22,420 bases of DNA from an uncultured virus (IMG/VR IMGVR_UViG_3300042868_013265) (taxonomy: Duplodnaviria > Heunggongvirae > Uroviricota > Caudoviricetes), in the IMG/VR virus record IMGVR_UViG_3300042868_013265, positions 62,001-84,420 of that record, one strand, 5' to 3'. Position 1 is the stretch's first letter, and each line of letters starts with the position of its first letter. This document shows, piece after piece, positions 8,257-16,740 of this stretch. Position numbers and translations under genes: made by a program. The notes beneath the pieces are model-generated. The model had not been told where the DNA came from and searched no databases. It saw only the letters and a program-made list of their open reading frames with translations.

Positions 8257-8705
8257 TGGCCACGTTCTCTCCAATCATAACGGTTTATCCTAATGACGCA
8301 GTAAGAGTTACGAGCGTTTCGGATTTGACTTATGAAACGGTGAACGCAAGTGTTGGAACAGGATACTATTACGATTTTAAAAATTTTTATCAGTATTCAA
8401 CATCCTTAGAACAATTAATTGAACCAATCTACTTGCTCAAATTTAGTAAACAGGGGGACCGAAATGTTTACTATTTGAATAATACGATTGACCCATATCA
8501 AAAATCATCGGCATTGTCTGTAGATGCTGAATATCTTGATTATAGATTTGACTCTAACAATGCATTCATACCACGAATACTTGCAAACACATCATTATTT
8601 TACCGCTTTGATATTCAAGAACTTAGTAATGAAGATTTTTTGACTAAAGGTGAAAGTAATTTTGGATTGATTGATTTTTACGAAAACTACGAAATAGACT
8701 TCTGA
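8256..8705 (+). CDS. Hypothetical beta-rich protein, possibly structural, 149 aa
   Basis: TAATG-coupled ORF rich in Y/F/N/S/T; no motif recognised. Confidence 0.75.
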   Translation: MATFSPIITVYPNDAVRVTSVSDLTYETVNASVGTGYYYDFKNFYQYSTSLEQLIEPIYLLKFSKQGDRNVYYLNNTIDPYQKSSALSVDAEYLDYRFDSNNAFIPRILANTSLFYRFDIQELSNEDFLTKGESNFGLIDFYENYEIDF

Positions 8706-9067
8706 TGCCCGCCAAAAAAATCATATTGAACATAGAAAATCATACGCCCTATCCTGCGTTAATTTCTATTTTAGGTGGACTTCAAGACCCAAACCAATAT
8801 AATGTGAATTCCGCAACGGAATACTTATATGATATTGGAAACTTTAATTGGAATAACTCAAGTACTTGGACAATACAGTTTAAACGAGTTGGAGCAGCAA
8901 ACTTCAGTATCAAACAAGGTTCTACAGGTGGTAATCCACAACAATTTTTAATAGCCCTTAATCTTTCGTCTTTGGGTTTATTTAACTATATCAAAATCAG
9001 TGCAAACATTTCGTTGATTTACACTTTCAACGATTATTACGAGTTTGGTCAACTTACATTAAACTAA
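8705..9067 (+). CDS. Hypothetical beta-rich protein, possibly structural, 120 aa
   Basis: TGATG-coupled; ends right before a terminator hairpin. Confidence 0.75.
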   Translation: MPAKKIILNIENHTPYPALISILGGLQDPNQYNVNSATEYLYDIGNFNWNNSSTWTIQFKRVGAANFSIKQGSTGGNPQQFLIALNLSSLGLFNYIKISANISLIYTFNDYYEFGQLTLN

Positions 9068-9089
9068 AAACCACCCCGAAAGGTGGTTT
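9066..9089. terminator. Intrinsic terminator between convergent operons, probably bidirectional
   Basis: AAACCACC-ccgaaa-GGTGGTTT inverted repeat; A-run on the left gives a U-tract on the minus strand. Confidence 0.75.
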
Positions 9090-9183
9090 ACAGTCTGAAG
9101 GAACAGTCACTTCTCAATAGAATCTTTAAAATCGTCGAATTCAAAATACTTTTATATTTTGCAACAACGACACGAATTTAAAC

Positions 9184-9969
9184 TCAATCCTCTGTATATG
9201 CAAGTTTTGCATATAGTCCCTTTTTCGTAGGCTTTTTGTCATTTACAATAATAACCCTTTCTTCATCATCGAGAGTCAAAACTGCACCACCCTCAACTTG
9301 GTCATCAAAACTTAACGCTCTTGAACCTAAGGAATCTTTTGGCAACAGTTTCGACAATTGTTTCAGGACGATTTTTTTAAGCATCCAAAATTGACTGTCT
9401 TTTGCATCATTGAAATACAATTCATTCCTGTTTGGTAAATTGGCAACAATAGTTTCTAATTCTTTTTTTGACATCACCTTAAAAACCTTTTCTTCATCGC
9501 GGGTTTTTACCATTGCGTAAATGTGAGTAAGCGAAATGGATGTTCTCAAATCGTCTTTGGGTTTATGTCGTAAAATTGGCTCAAGTCCAAGTTCATAATC
9601 AAATTCATCCGCTTCGTGCACAGACTCGCACCAAATCGTTTTTACGCCATTATTTCGCATCAGGAGTGTAATCACACCTTTGTATCCCAAAATAGGCTTA
9701 ATATGCCCCTTATAAGGCAAAAAGAAGAACTCTCCAACAGAAGGATTGGGACTCAATCCTAATTCTGCGCAATGAATGATTGCCGCAAATAGGTTGCGTG
9801 GATTTTTTTGGAAGGCAAAGAGCATTTCTTCATTTCTTCTGACTTCAGTTAAAACGACCTGTTTAAATTGCGCAGGTGAAATCGAATGACTTTTTAACAA
9901 ATCAACCAACACCTTTTGTTCAAAGGTGTCAAGTTGTATGCTGAATTTAGTTAGTAGTGCGTTATCCAT
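9184..9969 (-). CDS. recT: RecT-family single-strand annealing protein
   Basis: AIIHCAELGLSPN...FFFLPY...ILGYKGVITL...VHEADEFDYELG...IYAMVK...VMSKKEL...MLKKIVLKQLSKLLPK matches the RecT pattern. Confidence 0.9.
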   Translation of the reverse strand: MDNALLTKFSIQLDTFEQKVLVDLLKSHSISPAQFKQVVLTEVRRNEEMLFAFQKNPRNLFAAIIHCAELGLSPNPSVGEFFFLPYKGHIKPILGYKGVITLLMRNNGVKTIWCESVHEADEFDYELGLEPILRHKPKDDLRTSISLTHIYAMVKTRDEEKVFKVMSKKELETIVANLPNRNELYFNDAKDSQFWMLKKIVLKQLSKLLPKDSLGSRALSFDDQVEGGAVLTLDDEERVIIVNDKKPTKKGLYAKLAYTED

Positions 9970-9976
9970 TTTTATA

Positions 9977-10192
9977 TTATTGCGATTGTAAAATACTAAG
10001 AGCCTCTTTCATTAGTCTGACTTTCTTTAAGTCATCCTGTGTGTACCCGTGAATGTCAAGGATGCGATTAAATGTTGTCATTTTTTGCTTCAGAATGTCA
10101 ATTGAATCGGACAATGATTCATTTACAAGCAACTCATTTACAATTTGTGTGGCTTCTTTACAATCAGGGAAAGGAATAAAATTTTCGTTCAT
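9977..10192 (-). CDS. Hypothetical helical protein, 71 aa
   Basis: TAATG-coupled to the upstream gene; fills the operon gap. Confidence 0.7.
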   Translation of the reverse strand: MNENFIPFPDCKEATQIVNELLVNESLSDSIDILKQKMTTFNRILDIHGYTQDDLKKVRLMKEALSILQSQ

Positions 10193-11409
10193 TATGGCTT
10201 GGGATTAATATCAATGAGTGATTTTTGACCGATGTGAATGAATAAATTGTCTTTGGTTAAAATCTGTTGCCTGTTTGGATATTCATCCGCAAATGTCAAT
10301 TCCCATCCGTGGTCTTTGTGAAATATTTTATTCTCGAAAACACGTCTGCGAAAAATTGAAGGATTGTTACCATAGTTGTTCATTTTAACTTCTTGCCATT
10401 TTAAAAATCCATTTTGCATTTCGTAAAAGTGCCTGTAATCTTTAGGGAAAGGGTTTTTCCAATAATATTCGTTCACAGAAGTTTCGGCTTTAATTTCATC
10501 CGTCTGAATATCAAATACCTGTGAAAACATAATTTGGTCAAATGCGGAATGCTTTTTCAAATAGTTAATGTGTTTACCCAAATCAAGAGGTCTTACGGAT
10601 TCCCAATCATCTTCAAGTAAAAATACAAACTCACTTGGACCCATCAAATGTTTAATCATATTGAATTTGTCAACGTAATCAAATTGACCATTATTGTTGA
10701 AAGTAATCAAATGGGCTTTTTCACCAAACAAGGCATCCAAATATAATTCCATTTTATATCGCTCTTCAGAAGTACTTCGGTCATCTAAAACCCAAACTTC
10801 ATTGAACATTGTACGGTAGTTTGGATTGTGTTTTTGTAGCGATTTGAGAGTCCGCATAAAGTAATCAAAACGTCTCCCTGAAGAAATTATCAAGTTAGGG
10901 GCAACGTGAGGCTCATAATTAATGTAATAGCCATATTCGTCATCTCCGAATAATAACTTCAAATTTGGGTATCGGCTTGCCATTATTTCGGGTGTTAAAT
11001 CGGGCTGATGGTGTGTCTCATAAATATTGCCTTCATATTCACCTTGTTCATCTAAATAAGGAACAGCAACTAAACATTTGATGTTGTACGTCTCGATTTG
11101 ACCCATCAATAATGTTGCATCAGATGGCGTAAGATGTTCAAGTACATCTCCCAAAATAAGATAATCATACATTAAAATATTGACTGTCATAATGTTTTGC
11201 TGATAAATGGTATTATATTTAGAAGCAAGGTTAAATTGAGCAATGTAAGGGTCCCAAATTTCAACAGCATCCATTGGGATTTTTAAAAGGTCTGCATAAG
11301 TCCCTGAACCCGCTCCAACATCAAGGACGCGGGGATTTGAGGTGTTTTGGAGTTCTAAGAGGATGTGCTCTCGAACATTGTGCTTGAATTTATTGTATGA
11401 GTATGGCAT
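10192..11409 (-). CDS. Fusion of a class I SAM-dependent methyltransferase (N-terminal) and a GT-A/GT2-like glycosyltransferase (C-terminal)
   Basis: N half: VLDVGAGSG and LILGDVLEHL. C half: IISSGRRFDYFMRTLKSL, VWVLDDRST, FVFLLEDDW (acidic metal-binding motif), NNPSIFRR and FIHIG. Confidence 0.8.
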   Translation of the reverse strand: MPYSYNKFKHNVREHILLELQNTSNPRVLDVGAGSGTYADLLKIPMDAVEIWDPYIAQFNLASKYNTIYQQNIMTVNILMYDYLILGDVLEHLTPSDATLLMGQIETYNIKCLVAVPYLDEQGEYEGNIYETHHQPDLTPEIMASRYPNLKLLFGDDEYGYYINYEPHVAPNLIISSGRRFDYFMRTLKSLQKHNPNYRTMFNEVWVLDDRSTSEERYKMELYLDALFGEKAHLITFNNNGQFDYVDKFNMIKHLMGPSEFVFLLEDDWESVRPLDLGKHINYLKKHSAFDQIMFSQVFDIQTDEIKAETSVNEYYWKNPFPKDYRHFYEMQNGFLKWQEVKMNNYGNNPSIFRRRVFENKIFHKDHGWELTFADEYPNRQQILTKDNLFIHIGQKSLIDINPKP

Positions 11410-11410
11410 A

Positions 11411-12205
11411 TTAGTAAAACACTTGTTTAATTTTGGGTAACAGGGCGCGTTGAGGGCAAGTCTCGTTTAAATGACATTTGTTGCATCTTTTCATCTCAGG
11501 ATATGCTTTCCATCCATTTGCTGATTTGATTTCTCTTTTAAGTGCTTGAGAGACATTTTTCACCCCTTCTAAATGCTCCATCTCCTTGCTTGGGTCTACC
11601 AACACTTCAAAAATGCGAACATCCATTGGGTCTTTGGTATTGAATACAAAAAAGTAAAAAGGCACATCCGTGGTTTTAAATTTTTCTTTAGCAATAATTT
11701 TGTAATGAACTGCCTGAGTCAAAATCTTTTCCTTTTGCTCAAGGAAGTCTTCGTGCCAACCCATTTCATTCCATTTGTCATCTACCAAGCCCGAATATTT
11801 CAAATCGATGATACACTTCTTTCCATTCCACTTTGCAATAATATCGGTTGTGCAAGACATATTCAATTTTGAACTCACCAATTTCTTTCCAAAACTGAGA
11901 ATTTTGATGTTCATCGCTTTGAAAATTGCTTTGCAAAAAATCGAACTTTGAAATGCTCTTTCGTAATCTTCTGAAAGTTTTTCTTTTGCGGTTCCTTTGT
12001 ACACTTTATCGGGCTCAGGCGGTGTTCCATCACCATAAGCGGGAAGTCCTCCCGTGGCCATATATTCGAAATATTGACCAAGTTTCATTGCTTTAGTGGG
12101 TGTAGATTGAATACCGTCGAGGTATTTTGCTTTCACAACTAAGCCACACTCTTCCTTTACCTTGTATTCGGCAAAAGATTTCATAAAGGATTGACTAATT
12201 TTCAT
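11411..12205 (-). CDS. PD-(D/E)XK exonuclease, Cas4/AddB-like with Fe-S cysteines; likely RecE-role partner of RecT
   Basis: ISQSFMK start, TTDII...IIDLKYS and QAVHY motifs. One N-terminal Cys (EECG) plus C-terminal CNKCHLNETC. Confidence 0.8.
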   Translation of the reverse strand: MKISQSFMKSFAEYKVKEECGLVVKAKYLDGIQSTPTKAMKLGQYFEYMATGGLPAYGDGTPPEPDKVYKGTAKEKLSEDYERAFQSSIFCKAIFKAMNIKILSFGKKLVSSKLNMSCTTDIIAKWNGKKCIIDLKYSGLVDDKWNEMGWHEDFLEQKEKILTQAVHYKIIAKEKFKTTDVPFYFFVFNTKDPMDVRIFEVLVDPSKEMEHLEGVKNVSQALKREIKSANGWKAYPEMKRCNKCHLNETCPQRALLPKIKQVFY

Positions 12206-12410
12206 TTGGGTTATGTTTTAAAAAATAAGTTTTGAAAAATGAATCGCTTACGCTCATTTGTACTAAAATCAGATTGCTCCAATTAATTGCAGCGTAGAAT
12301 TTGCCGTCTTTTTTTCGGAGCAGTACATCAAAACGTCGGCATACAAAATATTTGTTCTCTTCTGTCGCTGACAGGGCTTTGGTAAAATACTCTTCTACGG
12401 TGTTTTCCAT
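12195..12410 (-). CDS. Hypothetical protein, 71 aa
   Basis: Overlaps both neighbours in the leftward operon. Confidence 0.65.
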   Translation of the reverse strand: MENTVEEYFTKALSATEENKYFVCRRFDVLLRKKDGKFYAAINWSNLILVQMSVSDSFFKTYFLKHNPNEN

Positions 12411-12883
12411 AAGGGTAAAATATCAATTAGGGTTTGCCCCTGATTCAATACATAGCAATTTGATTCCCGTTGACGTTCAATCAACCAATCGTCCCAATTG
12501 TCCATTACAAGTGTTATCAAACTTTGGGGTGATTCACGTTGTTGCATTCTTTTGTAATATTCTTTTTTACAATTCAATGCAGGAATTACAATTGTAAAAT
12601 CTATGTAGTTTTGCTGCATACACTCACGAACATTTTCGTGACTACTCACAAACACGAAATCAAGAAAATCGTGCTTAATTTGAAATTTAATGTGGTCAAT
12701 ATAGTTTTGTGGGAAAGCAGGATTTGGTATTCTTGCCCCATTATCCGTTTTAAGGAAATCGCCATTAGGGTCCGTAAGCCAATTCCATTGACTTGAATCA
12801 CAGTCAACACACATAAAATTGGAATTGCGAGCCGCATAGGTCTTTCCAATCGCGGGAAATCCTGATATTATTTTTGTAGCCAT
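12395..12883 (-). CDS. Small phage P-loop (NMP-kinase-like) NTPase
   Basis: IISGFPAIGKT Walker A, DCDSS, FPQNYIDHIK, VFVSSH and KKEYYKRMQQR. Confidence 0.8.
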   Translation of the reverse strand: MATKIISGFPAIGKTYAARNSNFMCVDCDSSQWNWLTDPNGDFLKTDNGARIPNPAFPQNYIDHIKFQIKHDFLDFVFVSSHENVRECMQQNYIDFTIVIPALNCKKEYYKRMQQRESPQSLITLVMDNWDDWLIERQRESNCYVLNQGQTLIDILPLWKTP

Positions 12884-13137
12884 AAAAAATTACGGGTGTT
12901 AAAACCGATTTGATAATTTACTTCTTGATTAAATTTTGGGCGATTTTGCTCAATAAATTCAACTTCAAGTTGTTTGACATACACATCAAGCCATTCGCGT
13001 GCTTGAGAAGGAGTCTCAAAACTGCGGGATGGCTGTTTAATAAGAGGCAACCATAACAGATTAAAAATTCTTCTGTCAATCACGTACCCCCCTTGCGAAA
13101 ATTCGCGAATTCGGAATTGTAGTTTTTTTGTTTTCAT
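12868..13137 (-). CDS. Hypothetical protein, 89 aa
   Basis: ATGA-type overlap with the upstream gene; operon continuity. Confidence 0.7.
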   Translation of the reverse strand: MKTKKLQFRIREFSQGGYVIDRRIFNLLWLPLIKQPSRSFETPSQAREWLDVYVKQLEVEFIEQNRPKFNQEVNYQIGFNTRNFLWLQK

Positions 13138-13388
13138 ATGTTAGTTGTTTTTTTGGACCAACCCCTTCCATTCCACATCACTTGACCCGTTTTTGTTTCT
13201 TTAACGCTCACATCAATCACAAGAGTCTCAGAAGTCTCTCTAACCAAATTTGTCAATATATAACCTTTGTCTTTAAAATGGTCATCGTTACATACTTTTT
13301 CAAGGACCGCTCTTGCACTGTGCTTATTATGCGCCTCTACGCTTATTGGCTTGTCGATGTCAAGGAAATAATACTTGTAGATTTTCAT
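13134..13388 (-). CDS. Hypothetical protein, 84 aa
   Basis: ATG start, operon continuity, plausible composition. Confidence 0.7.
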   Translation of the reverse strand: MKIYKYYFLDIDKPISVEAHNKHSARAVLEKVCNDDHFKDKGYILTNLVRETSETLVIDVSVKETKTGQVMWNGRGWSKKTTNI

Positions 13389-13426
13389 TAACTTCGAAGT
13401 GATTTACTGTAATGGTAAGTCGTGTG

Positions 13427-13460
13427 AAAAGGGGGAGTTTTGCCAACTTACTCCCCTTTT
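13427..13460 (-). terminator. Intrinsic terminator hairpin
   Basis: AAAAGGGGGAGT...ACTCCCCTTTT inverted repeat directly after the stop of 13462..13800. Confidence 0.7.
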
Positions 13461-13461
13461 A

Positions 13462-13800
13462 TTATTTTCCGTAACCCAAATCTTTTTTTACCACCCTTGT
13501 GTGTTTTTGACGCGATAACCATTGCTCTCCGCGCAAATTAGGATTCTCTTCTTGAACCTTTTGCCATTGGCGGGCAATAGATGCTTGGTGGTCAAATTTT
13601 CCATCAGCATAATGAGTAAAAAACTCGGTTGCGCTTAATGTCTTAAAATCAATTTGATTGGTGGGGCCATTAATATGAAACCAATAGTTGCATATTGTTC
13701 GAAGTAAATTGTCACGGAGGGTTGCGTCCGATTCCAATAGAAGTTTTACATTGTGTTTTACGTCACCACGTTTTCCGTTTATTTTAAATGCTTGTGTCAT
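13462..13800 (-). CDS. Hypothetical phage protein, 112 aa
   Basis: VKLLLESDATLRDN...SIARQWQKVQEENPNLRG; ATGA-coupled to the upstream gene. Confidence 0.75.
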   Translation of the reverse strand: MTQAFKINGKRGDVKHNVKLLLESDATLRDNLLRTICNYWFHINGPTNQIDFKTLSATEFFTHYADGKFDHQASIARQWQKVQEENPNLRGEQWLSRQKHTRVVKKDLGYGK

Positions 13801-14180
13801 AAGTCAAATGAATCAATATCAAAAAATTGAATATGGTCTTTAATGTTGTCAAAAATTTGTCGGTGGGCTACAGACTCACCGTCTTTGTCACAACCGATTA
13901 TTAAACCGTTGTTAAAAAATGGTCCATAGACGTTGTCTTTAGCGGCTTGGAATGCAAACGCACCTTTAATATAGCCGTCGCCTTTGACAAGACTTTCCTC
14001 GTCAACAAAACAAGTGTCTATATGCGATTTAGATTCAACAGCAGAAACAATTGGTAGGTAAAAACCTTTTTCAATCATTTCGCATTCAAGACCTAACGCA
14101 TCATACATAGATTGTAGGCCACCTTCGATTTCGATTTCGTAAACCTCTTTGCTTACTACGTCAATTTTGATACATTTCAT
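13797..14180 (-). CDS. DUF3846-like phage protein
   Basis: GLQSMYDALG...IE...CFVDEESL...GLIIGCDKDGES pattern recalled from DUF3846-type proteins. Confidence 0.6.
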   Translation of the reverse strand: MKCIKIDVVSKEVYEIEIEGGLQSMYDALGLECEMIEKGFYLPIVSAVESKSHIDTCFVDEESLVKGDGYIKGAFAFQAAKDNVYGPFFNNGLIIGCDKDGESVAHRQIFDNIKDHIQFFDIDSFDL

Positions 14181-14184
14181 ATTT

Positions 14185-14355
14185 TTATCTTTTGGGTTTT
14201 AAGTTGTTCATCAATATTGAAATCCTTGCAGGTATGACAAATTCCATATTGCAGGAATCGCAACACTTGCCTAATACGTTTAATGGAAACGAATTGTTTC
14301 CGTGGCCCACAAATAGCACGTGGCAAATAGGGCATTTTTTTAGAGAGTTTCCCAT
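14185..14355 (-). CDS. Small Cys-rich putative Zn-binding phage protein, 56 aa (below the ORF-track cutoff)
   Basis: Manual translation MGNSLKKCPICHVLFVGHGNNSFPLNVLGKCCDSCNMEFVIPARISILMNNLKPKR* has CxxC...CCDxC and fills the operon gap. Confidence 0.8.
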   Translation of the reverse strand: MGNSLKKCPICHVLFVGHGNNSFPLNVLGKCCDSCNMEFVIPARISILMNNLKPKR

Positions 14356-14424
14356 TGTTTTCGATTTTTACAATTCAATATTACAAACAAAAACTTATTT
14401 TGCAAAATAATTTTTGTGAATGGA

Positions 14425-14832
14425 TTAAAATTTTATTGAAAAGGGTAAAAAGTCGGGTTGAGGCTCCAAATACTTTTTCAATTCGTTGTAAATAACGATT
14501 GCCGTAAGTCTATCAGAGGCCATTTTTTTGCCTTTGAAAAATAACGATGCTTCTTCTTTTACGGTGTCGATGCATCCAAAACAATAAGTTCTTTTAGATA
14601 CAGGTGATGCATTCAATTGATAAGGTTGCAGTACAGCAAACTCTTGTCCACTTTCTTCGTATTTGTAGTAATTAAAGAAATACCCATTCAATCTTATTTC
14701 CTTCGCAACTGAGTCATTAAATATCAGTCGGTTTCTCTCTACTACATTCTTACCATCATTTGTAAGGTAGTCCAACATTGTTGCTCGGTCCAAAACCTTT
14801 TCGAAACGCATAGGTGTAAGTTGTAAATTCAT
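14425..14832 (-). CDS. Hypothetical protein, 135 aa
   Basis: Starts 5 nt after the stop of the PolB-like gene. Confidence 0.75.
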   Translation of the reverse strand: MNLQLTPMRFEKVLDRATMLDYLTNDGKNVVERNRLIFNDSVAKEIRLNGYFFNYYKYEESGQEFAVLQPYQLNASPVSKRTYCFGCIDTVKEEASLFFKGKKMASDRLTAIVIYNELKKYLEPQPDFLPFSIKF

Positions 14833-14837
14833 ATTTT

Positions 14838-15569
14838 TTAATATTCTAACTGTTTATAAGAAAATTGCTCGGCATCCAAGTACTCGTACACTTTACGACG
14901 ATTATCTGCGGTGTCTCGGTAATAAATGCAATCAGTTCGGTAAGCCTCAAAATCATTACCAAGTATTTCTGCAATCGATGACATCATTTCAAAGCATTTG
15001 TACCTGATACCACGGTACAGCAGATTAATTCTTGGGTCTTCACATTCAATAATAATAGGTTTGTTTTGCTTGACACCATTTTGAAATTCCTGATAAGCAA
15101 CGCTTCTGCCTAAAACTGCAAGTGCAGCCAATCGAATTACTTTCCAATCGTTTCCTTGCGCTTTATTAAAAGTGTTGTCGCTGATGATTCCAAGTTTATG
15201 TGCAATTACCCAATATGCACTATTGATATCGGTCCCCGTGATAACCCCATAGGAAGCATCGTAATCATAATTGGTTTGGTTTACAGGATATTTATCGGGA
15301 ACCGTCCAATTTGGATTTTGCTTCAAAAACTTTATAGCATCATTTTTCACCAACTTGAATATGAACAACTTGTTTGCAGGGAAACTTTTTGTGTCTCGAC
15401 TTTTGTAAATCGTTTCAACACCCTGATAAACAATCTGAGTCATAAACTTAGTTTCGCGGTAAATGAAATTTTCACCCATTTTTACCAAACGATTCATCAC
15501 CGATTTGGGATTTGCACTTGGTTGAAAACGACTTTCAATAATGCCAAAGGTTTCGCTCTTTTTTGCCAT
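14838..15569 (-). CDS. Minimal family-B DNA polymerase-like protein (palm motifs only), 243 aa
   Basis: Motif A-like ITGTDINSAYW (D114, Y119), divergent motif B-like WKVIRLAALAVLG (K143) and motif C-like AYRTDCIYY (D213). No exonuclease motifs seen, and only 30 aa follow motif C. Confidence 0.65.
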   Translation of the reverse strand: MAKKSETFGIIESRFQPSANPKSVMNRLVKMGENFIYRETKFMTQIVYQGVETIYKSRDTKSFPANKLFIFKLVKNDAIKFLKQNPNWTVPDKYPVNQTNYDYDASYGVITGTDINSAYWVIAHKLGIISDNTFNKAQGNDWKVIRLAALAVLGRSVAYQEFQNGVKQNKPIIIECEDPRINLLYRGIRYKCFEMMSSIAEILGNDFEAYRTDCIYYRDTADNRRKVYEYLDAEQFSYKQLEY

Positions 15570-15578
15570 TGTGATTTA

Positions 15579-15609
15579 CGAAATTAAGCAAACAAATATT
15601 ATTTTCAAA
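15579..15609 (-). promoter_or_regulatory. Bacteroidota-type promoter for the PolB-like gene
   Basis: Minus strand TTTG-N19-TAATTTCG, 9 nt before the ATG. Confidence 0.5.
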
Positions 15610-15618
15610 AATAATTTA

Positions 15619-16662
15619 TCAAACTTGTCCACCACGTTTGAATTTTTCAATAGCGGCTGTTGTTTGAGCAATAATTGTTGCCCGTTCTGCCAAGAATTCT
15701 TTCTTGGTCAAAACCTTCGAATCAAAAAGTGCTTTTGAATCAGCCAACAAACGCTCTTGACGGTCAAGTGCTTTTTGAATATTTTCCGCACGACGCTTGT
15801 CAAATTTAGGTTCGGCTTTTACCTTAGGTTCTTTTTTGACTTCCTCCTCTTTTGGAGCAACTTTTTTTGTCGGTCTCTCTCTTCCACGAATGTCCTTTTT
15901 ACGAGCCTTTTCCCTTTTTTGTTTTCCAAGTTCTTTTCTACGTTTGACAATCTCCCTACGTCGCGCCCTACGTTCTTCCAAAGTTTCTTCAGACAAAACC
16001 ATTGGTTGCGCCTCTTCAAAAGTCTCAGAAGGCGGTACCTGTTGTCCACCGACAAAAAGAGTGAATTGAATGAAATAAGAATCGGGCCGTCCATCGTCTT
16101 GCATATTTGGCCTAACCCGAACTTCTCCCTCCCAATATGGCTCCGACTCATTCTCGGGCATTTCCCCCTGAATATAATCGCGAACACTTTCAATGATGTC
16201 ATTTAACCCACTACCCTCATATGTGTATTCGCTTAATTCTATAATACCTGTGCTACCGTACTCTCCCGCATTGACTTCAAATCGTAAATTTTTACCTCCT
16301 GTTTCAGCGGTTAAATCCACGTCAATAAAATTGTCCAAATCAAACCAAAACACACCACTCAAAAGAGTGACGGGAATACTCAATGGATTGACAAAATCAC
16401 CGACGTTAATTACACCTGAACCTGTTAAGGCACGGTCAACTGATTCACGGATGTCGGCAACTTTAACTTCACGGCTACTAAGCCCTTTATACTCGGGATA
16501 GATTTTTTCTTTAATAAAGGCGGTCAGGTCTTTTCCCTTTAAAGGTTTTTCCTGTTTTTCAAGTTCTTTAGAAACTGTTTTTCGAACCTTTTGATAAAGT
16601 CTCGAGGCCCGCGCAATCTTTTTGCGAGTTGCTTGGGTTACTTTTTTTTTCTTGTTAGCCAT
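15619..16662 (-). CDS. Highly charged hypothetical protein (basic N-terminus, acidic core, basic helical C-terminus), 347 aa
   Basis: Long ATG ORF; K/R-rich ends and a D/E/aromatic-rich centre; ends KFKRGGQV. Confidence 0.85.
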   Translation of the reverse strand: MANKKKKVTQATRKKIARASRLYQKVRKTVSKELEKQEKPLKGKDLTAFIKEKIYPEYKGLSSREVKVADIRESVDRALTGSGVINVGDFVNPLSIPVTLLSGVFWFDLDNFIDVDLTAETGGKNLRFEVNAGEYGSTGIIELSEYTYEGSGLNDIIESVRDYIQGEMPENESEPYWEGEVRVRPNMQDDGRPDSYFIQFTLFVGGQQVPPSETFEEAQPMVLSEETLEERRARRREIVKRRKELGKQKREKARKKDIRGRERPTKKVAPKEEEVKKEPKVKAEPKFDKRRAENIQKALDRQERLLADSKALFDSKVLTKKEFLAERATIIAQTTAAIEKFKRGGQV

Positions 16663-16675
16663 TGGTGAAGGGATG

Positions 16676-16707
16676 CGAAGTTATAGTTTGTTGTATATGC
16701 GAGCAAA
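16676..16707 (-). promoter_or_regulatory. Bacteroidota-type promoter for the 347-aa gene
   Basis: Minus strand TTTG-N20-TAACTTCG, 13 nt before the ATG. Confidence 0.5.
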
Positions 16708-16740
16708 TAATTTTTTACACCATCGTGTTATACCCTGTGT

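Noticed and set aside
11411..12205. cas4 as part of a CRISPR-Cas locus
   Set aside because: No other cas genes or array; the RecT context favours a recombination exonuclease.
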